Shown here: piece after piece, positions 7,383 through 13,701 of the stretch
Position numbering within the stretch: position 1 is the first letter of the stretch
Layout: each line of letters starts with the position of its first letter
Source of the DNA: a bacterium
GTDB taxonomy: Bacteria > RBG-13-61-14 > DATKZS01
Reading direction: 5' to 3'
DNA: 13,701 nt
Assembly (NCBI GenBank): GCA_046484135.1
Contig: JAWOBU010000189.1
Location: 1 to 13,701, forward strand
Notes under the pieces: model-generated
Seen by the model: the letters and a program-made list of their open reading frames with translations, nothing else
The model's database searches: none
Told to the model about the DNA's origin: nothing
Made by a program: the position numbers and the translations under genes

Positions 7383-7399
7383 CGAAAGGAGGTTTATGA

Positions 7400-8770
7400 A
7401 TGAGCGGGTTTAAAGTAAATCGCAGGGACGCCTTAAAGGGCGCGGCCGCGGGCGCTGCGGCAGGGACCCTTTCACCGTTTATGAGAGCGGGAGCGGGCAC
7501 GAAGCCGAACATCATCTTTATCCTGACGGACGACCACCGGTGGGACGCTTTCGGCTTTATGGACAAGCCTTGGCTCAAGACGCCGAACATGGACCGGCTG
7601 GCCGCTGAAGGAGTCCACTTCGAGAACTCCTTTGTTACGACTTCGCTATGCAGCCCCAGCCGCGCGTCATTCCTCACCGGCCAGTATGCCCGCTGTCACG
7701 GCGTCCAGAACAACCTGACGCCGTGGAAGGAGTCGAACCTCACCTTCCTGGAGGTGCTTCACTCGCAGGGATACCGCACCGCTTTTATCGGCAAGTGGCA
7801 CATGCCGGGCAGGGGCGGGCTTCCGGACATGGTGGGCCAGGGCAAGCTCGACCGCATGGTATCGTTTACCATAGGCACCGGCCAGGGCATTTACCACGAC
7901 TGCCCCCTGGTGGTGGACGGCAAGAAGAAGAAGTCGAAGGGATACATCACGGACGTGCTGACCGACTACAGCCTGGACTTTTTGAAAAAGAACAAGGACA
8001 AACCCTTCTGCCTCTATCTCTCCCACAAGGCGGTCCATCATAAGTTTACGCCGCCGGAGCGTTACGACGGCGCGCTCGACGATGTGTCCTTCCATCGCAT
8101 GAAGGACAACGAAAAGGACCTTCCCATGGGACTGGTGCACGTGCCGCAGCGGCTCCACTTTGAAAAGAATCAACAGCATTACTACGAGGCCCTGATGGGA
8201 GTGGACGACAGCGTGGGCCGCCTGTTGCAGTTCTTGGACGACAATGGCCTTTCCGAGAACACGCTTATCGTGTACGCCGGGGACAACGGCTACTTCTGGG
8301 GCGAGCACGGCCTTATAGACAAGCGTTATGCTTACGAGGAGAGCATCCGCATTCCCCACCTCATGCGCTTTCCCCGCGCCATACCGGAGGGAGGGCGCAA
8401 AGTGGACGAGATGGTGTTAAACATTGATCTCGCGCCTTCCCTGGTCGCTGCCGCGGGAGTAGAGCCGCCCGCACGAATGCAGGGCAAAAGCTACATGGAG
8501 CTCTCGCAGGGCAAACAAGTACAGTGGCGCGACTCGTTCCTGTACGAGTACTTCGACGACCTGGGCTTTCCCCATCCGCCCATTCGCGCCGTGCGTACGC
8601 CCGACTTCAAGTACATCAACTACCTCGAAGACCGCTTCAAGGACGAGCTTTTCAACCTGAAAAAAGACCCGGGAGAGAAAAACAACCTGATAGACGATCC
8701 CGAAGCCGCGCCCAAGCTACAGGAGCTGAAAGCGGAGCTAAAACGGCTGGAGAAGAAGTTTTCGTGTTGA
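7400..8770 (+). CDS. Tat-exported Cys-type (formylglycine-dependent, S1) sulfatase, N-acetylglucosamine-6-sulfatase-like
   Basis: Twin-arginine signal NRRDALK; KPNIIFILTDD; signature CSPSRASFLTG; GYRTAFIGKWH; HKAVH; GDNGYFWGEHGLIDKR; YEESIRIP; ELFNLKKDPGEKNNL. AGGAGG lies 7 nt upstream of the ATG. Confidence 0.93.
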   Translation: MSGFKVNRRDALKGAAAGAAAGTLSPFMRAGAGTKPNIIFILTDDHRWDAFGFMDKPWLKTPNMDRLAAEGVHFENSFVTTSLCSPSRASFLTGQYARCHGVQNNLTPWKESNLTFLEVLHSQGYRTAFIGKWHMPGRGGLPDMVGQGKLDRMVSFTIGTGQGIYHDCPLVVDGKKKKSKGYITDVLTDYSLDFLKKNKDKPFCLYLSHKAVHHKFTPPERYDGALDDVSFHRMKDNEKDLPMGLVHVPQRLHFEKNQQHYYEALMGVDDSVGRLLQFLDDNGLSENTLIVYAGDNGYFWGEHGLIDKRYAYEESIRIPHLMRFPRAIPEGGRKVDEMVLNIDLAPSLVAAAGVEPPARMQGKSYMELSQGKQVQWRDSFLYEYFDDLGFPHPPIRAVRTPDFKYINYLEDRFKDELFNLKKDPGEKNNLIDDPEAAPKLQELKAELKRLEKKFSC

Positions 8771-8789
8771 GGGCTTTATCTTAAAGCCT
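8771..8789. terminator. Possible weak hairpin between the convergent sulfatase and fpg-remnant stop codons
   Basis: GGCTTTA-TCT-TAAAGCC (8772-8788) fills the gap between the two stops. It is AT-rich and lacks a clear U-tract. Confidence 0.3.
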
Positions 8790-8990
8790 AAAGGGCTTGG
8801 CCCTGACAGGATGGACAGAAGTACGAGCTTCGTTGGTTTATCTTTTTCCGCTCAAGGCTTGCCGGAGCTTCTTCTCCGTGGTGCCCTCCAGCACCTTGTC
8901 GTTTCTTACCTTTACGGTTTCGATACGCTGACCCATCGAGGTCGAATCCAGGTGTCTTTTGAAAACCTCCACGTCCGGAAGCTCGGGCAT
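8788..8990 (-). pseudogene. mutM: Fpg/Nei (MutM-family) DNA glycosylase remnant with a large internal deletion and frameshift
   Basis: 8990-8838 translates as MPELPDVEVFKRHLDSTSMGQRIETVKVRNDKVLEGTTEKKLRQALSGKR*, the catalytic N-terminal PELP motif, with a GGGGGTG RBS-like sequence upstream. The overlapping -1 frame ending at TAG 8790-8788 reads LERKKINQRSSYFCPSCQGQAL*, the second half of the Fpg C-terminal zinc finger. The H2TH domain and first CxxC are absent. Confidence 0.88.
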
Positions 8991-9165
8991 TTTTGCCACC
9001 CCCTTTAAAGGCGCAATGTATGCTTATCTGCTCCTTTTAACATCGTGATACATAATCGTAACTCTTTCAGTAAAAAGGCCGGGATGAGGTTTTCAAAGAT
9101 TGTTTTCTTTTAAAGCTTTTTCCGAAGTTTGAAAAGAGAAAAGAGCGTTACAAAACTTCCTCCGC

Positions 9166-9195
9166 TTGACAGCGTCCGTGGTTCGGGTTTACAAA
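9166..9195 (+). promoter_or_regulatory. Putative sigma70 promoter of dprA
   Basis: Perfect TTGACA (9166-9171), 18-nt spacer, TACAAA (9190-9195), with an A-rich region upstream. It is 32 nt before the dprA ATG. Confidence 0.45.
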
Positions 9196-9227
9196 AGTAA
9201 CTCGATTTCGGGACGGGAAGAAGGTTT

Positions 9228-10364
9228 ATGAACGAGCAGGAACAAAGAAGCGTTTTATGGCTCCGGCTGGCCCGCGCTCCCGGCGTGGGGCCGGTAACCG
9301 GCATGAAGCTTATTAAACAGATGGGCGGGCTGGAGTACATCTTCCAGGCCTCGGCGAAAAGCCTCCGCCGGGTCAAGGGCCTGAAAGATGATACGCGGGA
9401 TGCCTTATTGGACCCTGCGGAAAGAGACAAGCTCCTGCGTCAGTTCGAGTATTGCAGGGAAAACGGCATTACCGTGGCGGGCCCGGACCAGCCGGAGTAC
9501 CCGGCAGCGCTCCGGCAGATACCCGACCCGCCCCTGGCCCTGTACATAAAAGGAAGCCTTCCGGAAGGCGACGATTACATCGCCATGGTGGGATGCAGAA
9601 ATCCGGACCCTTACGGAGAAAGCATGGCCGCCTCCCTGGCCGCCGGGCTCGCCCGCTACCAGGTGGTTATAGACTCGGGCATGGCCCGGGGGATTGACGG
9701 GATCGCACAGCGGTCCGCCTTGAAAGCGGGAGGCCGAACCGTGGCGGTGCTGGGCACAGGCGTGGACGTGGTCTATCCTCCCGAGCACCAGGAGCTTTAC
9801 GAGAACATTGTCGAGAACGGAGCGGTCGTGAGCGAGCTGCCGCCGGGGACCAGGCCGGAAGCGGGCAACTTCCCCCGCCGGAACCGGATCATCGCGGGCC
9901 TCGCAAAGGGGGTCATAATGGTGCAGGCCATGAGCGAGAAAAGCGGTGCGCTTATCACGGTGAGACACGCCTTGGACCAGGGCCGCGAGGTTTACGCGGT
10001 TCCCGGCAACGCGGGCTCGCGTGGGGGCCGCATCGGCAACAGCCTTGTAAAACAGGGCGCTCGGCTGGTGGAGAGTGCCGAGGACATCCTCTGTGATCTC
10101 CTGCCGGTAGGCTCCCTGCTGGCGGAAGAGGATAAGTCTGATAAAGAGAAAGAGGATGACATAGCAAAGCGCCTGCCAGACCTCCAGGGCCGGGTTTACG
10201 CGCTGGTGCCAACGGCCCGGGAAGGCACGGTGGATGTGGACGCTCTGGCCAGGCAGGCAGGTGTCTCCAGCCACCAGGCGGGCTCCGTCCTGCTGGAGCT
10301 GGAGCTGGCAGGACTGGTAAAGGCGTTGCCCGGAAAAAGGTATGTGCGACTGTCGCGGGCTTAA
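9228..10364 (+). CDS. dprA: DNA-processing protein DprA (Smf)
   Basis: PGVGP N-terminal domain; YPAALRQIPDPPLALYIKG; IAMVGCR; SGMARGIDG; TVAVLGTGVDVVYP; FPRRNRIIAGL; SGALIT; GREVYAVPG; C-terminal winged helix LLELELAGLV. The dprA-topA order is conserved. Confidence 0.97.
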   Translation: MNEQEQRSVLWLRLARAPGVGPVTGMKLIKQMGGLEYIFQASAKSLRRVKGLKDDTRDALLDPAERDKLLRQFEYCRENGITVAGPDQPEYPAALRQIPDPPLALYIKGSLPEGDDYIAMVGCRNPDPYGESMAASLAAGLARYQVVIDSGMARGIDGIAQRSALKAGGRTVAVLGTGVDVVYPPEHQELYENIVENGAVVSELPPGTRPEAGNFPRRNRIIAGLAKGVIMVQAMSEKSGALITVRHALDQGREVYAVPGNAGSRGGRIGNSLVKQGARLVESAEDILCDLLPVGSLLAEEDKSDKEKEDDIAKRLPDLQGRVYALVPTAREGTVDVDALARQAGVSSHQAGSVLLELELAGLVKALPGKRYVRLSRA

Positions 10365-10394
10365 GCTATAATCGCGACGCAGGAGGATAAAAGG

Positions 10395-13103
10395 ATGTCC
10401 AAGCTGGTGATAGTTGAATCGCCCGCCAAAGCTAAAACCATCGAGAAGTACCTTGGCAAGGACTTCAAGGTCAAGGCCAGCGTAGGCCACCTGGTGGACC
10501 TGCCGCGCAAGAACCTCGGGGTGGACGTGGAGAAGGATTTCGAGCCGGACTACGAGGTCATGCCGGAGAAAAAGAAGACCGCGACCGAGCTGAAGCAGGC
10601 GGCCCGCAATGCGGAGGAAATCTACCTGGCGCCGGACCCGGACCGGGAGGGTGAGGCAATTGCCTGGCACATCGCCCGGCTTCTTTCCGAAAGCGGCAAG
10701 CCCATGAAGCGGGTTCTCATAAACGAGATAACCAGGCCCGCGGTGACAAAGGCGATCGAACAAGCAGGCGAGATTGACGAAAACCGTTTCAACGCCCAGC
10801 AGGCGAGGCGGGTGCTGGACCGGCTGGTGGGGTACCAGATCAGTCCCATCATTTCCAAGAAGTTCAAGACCGGCCTTTCCGCGGGAAGGGTCCAGTCAGT
10901 GGCATTGCGGCTGGTGGTCGAGCGGGAAAAGGCAATAAGGGAGCACACTCCCCGCGAGTACTGGAGCATTGACGCAAAGCTGAACAAGGGGAACCCGCCG
11001 GAGTTTACCGCCCGGCTCCTGTCCATTGAAGGAAAGAACCTGGAAGCGCCCGAGAGGTTCGACAAAGAAAAAAACGCTTTCATACCTCTCGACCAATCAA
11101 AGTATACCTATGTTCCGGACAAAGACGCCGCGGACGGAATCGTAAACACTGTCTCGGACAAACCTTTTGTGGTGGGGGACGTGATAAAGCAGGAGCGGAA
11201 AAGGAACCCTCCTCCGCCTTTTATTACCTCGAGCCTCCAGCAGGAAGCCGCCCGCAAGCTCGGCTTCACCGCCAAGAAAACCATGACCACCGCCCAAAGA
11301 CTCTATGAAGGCATGGACGTGGGGGAAGGAGCGGTCGGCCTTATAACCTATATGCGGACCGACTCGACCAGGGTGGCGGAGCCGGCCCTCCAGATGGTCC
11401 GCGACTACATCCGGCAGAACTTCGGCGACAAGTACCTGCCGGAAAAGCCCCGCTCCTACAAGTCCAAGGAAGGGGCCCAGGAAGCGCACGAAGCTATCCG
11501 GCCCACCTCCATGGAGCGCACCCCCGACAAGGTGGCCCCATATCTGGAAAGAGACCAGCTACGGCTTTACGAGCTCATCTTCCTGCGTTTTGCAGCCAGC
11601 CAGATGGAGCCCGCGGTCTACGACCAGACCACGGTGGACATACCGGTAAATAAGTACCTGTTCCGGTCCACCGGCCGGGTGATAAAGTTCAAGGGATTTC
11701 TCGCGGTCTACGAAGAGGCCCAGGACGACGACGCAGAGAAAAGTGAAGACAAGGAGCTGCCGCCCTTGAAAGAAGGCGACCGGCTGGACCTGCTGGAGCT
11801 ACTTCCCGAGCAGCACTTTACCAAGCCTCCCCCCCGCTTCACCGAGGCCAGCCTGGTGCGGGAGCTGGAAGAGCGGGGCATCGGCAGGCCGTCCACCTAT
11901 GCCCAGATACTGTCCACTATCCAGGAGCGGAGCTACGTGGCAAAAGAACAGCGCCGCTTCCAGCCCACCGGCCTGGGAGAGATGATCAATTCCATCCTGG
12001 TGGCCGCCTTTCCCGACATAATGGACGTGGGATTCACCGCCCAGATGGAGAATGACCTGGACAAGGTGGAAGAAGGACGGCAGGACTGGGTGTCATTGCT
12101 GAAAAGATTTTATGAGCCTTTTAAGAAGCGACTTTCCGAGGCCCCCCGCATCATAGACGATATGCAGCAGGAGTCCACCGACCTGCAATGCCCCCTCTGC
12201 GGCAGGGAGCTGGTGGTCAAGCTGACCAAGAAAGGAGAGTTCCTGGGCTGCTCCGGCTACCCGGAATGTCCCTACACCACCGACTTCGAGCGGGACGATA
12301 AAGGAAACATAGTTCCAGCGGAGGAAACCAAGCTTGACAAGCCGTGCCCCAAGTGCGGAAGGCCCCTCCAGGTCAGGCAGGGCAAGCAGGGAGAGTTTGT
12401 GGGCTGCTCCGGCTACCCTGAATGCAACTACACCGCGGACCTGAAAAGGGACGACCAAGACGGGATCGAGATCATCGAGCGGAAAGAAGAGGACACCGGC
12501 ATAAAGTGCGACAAGTGCGGAAGGCCCATGGTAATAAAAAGGACCCGGCAGGGAAACCGGGAGTTCCTGGCATGCTCCGGCTACCCGGACTGCAAAAACG
12601 CCCAGGACTTTAAAAGAGAGGAGAGCGGAAAGATAGTGGCCCTTGACCGGCCCGAGGACGAAGATACCGGGATCAAGTGCGAGCAGTGCGGAAAGCCCAT
12701 GGTAATAAAGCGGGCCCGCCGCTCCGGCAAGGAGTTCCTGGCATGTCCCGGCTATCCGGACTGCAAAAACGCCAAGGACTTTGTCCGGAATGAGGACGGT
12801 ACTGTAAGGCCGGTAGAGGTAGGAGAGGAGGCAGGCGCCTGCGAGGTTTGCGGCAGGCCCCTGGTCCTGAAAAGAGGTAGGTATGGGAGCTTCTGGGCTT
12901 GCAGCGGATACCCGGATTGCAAAATTATAGTGGGAAGCGACGGCAAGCAAAAAGAAGGAAGCTCCAAAAAGACCGCTAAGAAGTCATCCAAGAAAACCGC
13001 GAAAAAGTCAACGGCAAAGAAAAGTACGGCCAAGAAAAGCACTGCCAAAAAGTCAGCCTCAGGGAAAACCGCCAAAAAAGACGATAAAAACAAGAACTCA
13101 TAG
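10395..13103 (+). CDS. topA: DNA topoisomerase I (type IA)
   Basis: LVIVESPAKAKTI, DPDREGE (TOPRIM), SAGRVQS, LITYMRTDS (catalytic Tyr), QEAHEAIRPT, GIGRPSTY, five C4 zinc ribbons and a Lys-rich tail. AGGAGG RBS at 10381-10386. Confidence 0.98.
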   Translation: MSKLVIVESPAKAKTIEKYLGKDFKVKASVGHLVDLPRKNLGVDVEKDFEPDYEVMPEKKKTATELKQAARNAEEIYLAPDPDREGEAIAWHIARLLSESGKPMKRVLINEITRPAVTKAIEQAGEIDENRFNAQQARRVLDRLVGYQISPIISKKFKTGLSAGRVQSVALRLVVEREKAIREHTPREYWSIDAKLNKGNPPEFTARLLSIEGKNLEAPERFDKEKNAFIPLDQSKYTYVPDKDAADGIVNTVSDKPFVVGDVIKQERKRNPPPPFITSSLQQEAARKLGFTAKKTMTTAQRLYEGMDVGEGAVGLITYMRTDSTRVAEPALQMVRDYIRQNFGDKYLPEKPRSYKSKEGAQEAHEAIRPTSMERTPDKVAPYLERDQLRLYELIFLRFAASQMEPAVYDQTTVDIPVNKYLFRSTGRVIKFKGFLAVYEEAQDDDAEKSEDKELPPLKEGDRLDLLELLPEQHFTKPPPRFTEASLVRELEERGIGRPSTYAQILSTIQERSYVAKEQRRFQPTGLGEMINSILVAAFPDIMDVGFTAQMENDLDKVEEGRQDWVSLLKRFYEPFKKRLSEAPRIIDDMQQESTDLQCPLCGRELVVKLTKKGEFLGCSGYPECPYTTDFERDDKGNIVPAEETKLDKPCPKCGRPLQVRQGKQGEFVGCSGYPECNYTADLKRDDQDGIEIIERKEEDTGIKCDKCGRPMVIKRTRQGNREFLACSGYPDCKNAQDFKREESGKIVALDRPEDEDTGIKCEQCGKPMVIKRARRSGKEFLACPGYPDCKNAKDFVRNEDGTVRPVEVGEEAGACEVCGRPLVLKRGRYGSFWACSGYPDCKIIVGSDGKQKEGSSKKTAKKSSKKTAKKSTAKKSTAKKSTAKKSASGKTAKKDDKNKNS
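12189..12920 (+). repeat. Five tandem topoisomerase C4 zinc-ribbon repeats (coding)
   Basis: CPLC..GCSGYPEC, CPKC..GCSGYPEC, CDKC..ACSGYPDC, CEQC..ACPGYPDC, CEVC..ACSGYPDC. Repeats 3 and 4 are visibly similar at DNA level (both contain gcccatggtaataaa and ggagttcctggcatg). Confidence 0.92.
12961..13100 (+). repeat. Low-complexity Lys/Ala/Ser/Thr repeat tail (STAKK units) of TopA
   Basis: SKKTAKKSSKKTAKKSTAKKSTAKKSTAKKSASGKTAKK, with synonymous codon differences between units. Confidence 0.9.
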
Positions 13104-13132
13104 ACAAGGGCTGGAAGGCGGGAGAAACGCTT

Positions 13133-13701
13133 TTGCAAGCTATGGACGGAAAACCGAGGGCGGTGGCCTTGATCTCCGGAGGAATGGACTCCGCAGTGGC
13201 CGCGGCCCTGGCCCGCGAGGCCGGAGAAGATATTTATGCACTGTCCGTAGATTACGGGCAGAGGCACCGGCACGAGCTTGAAGCCGCCGGCCGGGTGGCA
13301 AGGTGGCTGGGGGCGGCAGAACACAAGACAGTCAGCATCGGGCTTTCCGGCATCGGCGGCTCCGCCTTGACCGACAACATGGACGTTCCCAAGAACCGGC
13401 AGGACAATGACATACCGGTAACGTACGTGCCCGGCAGAAACATCATCTTTTTATCCGTGGCACTCTCCTGGGCCGAGGTCATAAACGCCCGCGCAGTGGT
13501 GATCGGCGCCAACGCGGTTGATTTCTCCGGCTACCCCGACTGTACCCCCGAGTTCCTGGAAGCTTTCCGGAAAGTGGCCGGGACCGGCACCAGGGCGGGG
13601 GTGCAAGGCTCCCCCCCGGTTATTAACGCGCCTCTTCTTTATATGGACAAGGCCGAGATAGTAAGGCAGGGAGCGAGGCTCGGGCTCGACTTCGGCATCA
13701 C
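13133..13701 (+). CDS. queC: 7-cyano-7-deazaguanine synthase QueC (partial, runs off window end)
   Basis: Hand translation gives (MQA)MDGKPRAVALISGGMDS...ALSVDYGQRH...GGSALTD...IPVTYVPGRNIIFLS...IGANAVDFSGYPDCTPEF...APLLYMDKAEIV. The TTG at 13133 has GGGAG 8 nt upstream; the in-frame ATG at 13142 is the alternative start. It is not in the ORF track because no stop lies in the window. Confidence 0.96.
   Translation, partial: MQAMDGKPRAVALISGGMDSAVAAALAREAGEDIYALSVDYGQRHRHELEAAGRVARWLGAAEHKTVSIGLSGIGGSALTDNMDVPKNRQDNDIPVTYVPGRNIIFLSVALSWAEVINARAVVIGANAVDFSGYPDCTPEFLEAFRKVAGTGTRAGVQGSPPVINAPLLYMDKAEIVRQGARLGLDFGI

Noticed and set aside
7396..7413. Mini-ORF ATG AAT GAG CGG GTT TAA overlapping the sulfatase start
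   Set aside because: It is only 3 nt from the RBS, whereas ATG 7400 has optimal 7-nt spacing. Probably incidental.
8838..8856. Programmed -1 frameshift producing a functional mini-Fpg
   Set aside because: The run is GGAAAAAG (five A), not the canonical A_AAA_AAG. The fused product would lack the H2TH domain and half of the zinc finger.
8811..9008. 65-aa plus-strand ORF
   Set aside because: It is antisense to the Fpg remnant, which explains the sequence.
12189..13100. Repeats as a CRISPR array or mobile-element repeats
   Set aside because: They are in-frame, degenerate at third codon positions and encode TopA domains. There is no repeat-spacer structure and no cas or transposase gene.
13104..13141. 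preQ1 riboswitch upstream of queC
   Set aside because: The gap is too short and has no preQ1 stem-loop or A-rich tail.
9405..13324. Long minus-strand ORFs (452, 285, 190 aa and others)
   Set aside because: They are antisense to dprA, topA and queC with no motifs.
13526..13543. SGYPDC in QueC identical to the TopA ribbon motif
   Set aside because: SGYPDC is an independently conserved QueC motif. The match is coincidental and not a duplication.

Overview
This is a GC-rich chromosomal window from a Gram-negative bacterium. The gene content and TopA architecture suggest a delta-proteobacterial (Desulfobacterota/Myxococcota-like) genome, which is an inference. From left to right it holds five blocks. 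(1) A tightly coupled minus-strand LPS-core operon: Trm112/YcaR-like protein, WaaF-like GT9 heptosyltransferase, GT2 glycosyltransferase, and a >=522-aa tandem Kdo/WaaP/InaA-family kinase-like protein. That last gene runs off the window start, is missing from the ORF track, and both of its catalytic loops look degenerate. (2) Back-to-back sigma70-like promoters and a complete cobalamin riboswitch controlling a TonB-dependent receptor plus a beta-propeller lipoprotein (a BtuB + BtuG-like corrinoid uptake module). (3) A Tat-exported Cys-type sulfatase. (4) An unannotated Fpg/Nei glycosylase remnant, in which the N-terminal 50 codons are fused out of frame to the C-terminal zinc-finger tail. (5) dprA, then topA (five Zn ribbons plus a Lys-rich tail), then queC (truncated by the window end). 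I saw no mobile elements, CRISPR arrays, tRNA or rRNA. The best candidates for something new are the B12-regulated receptor/lipoprotein pair and the double-pseudokinase LPS protein.
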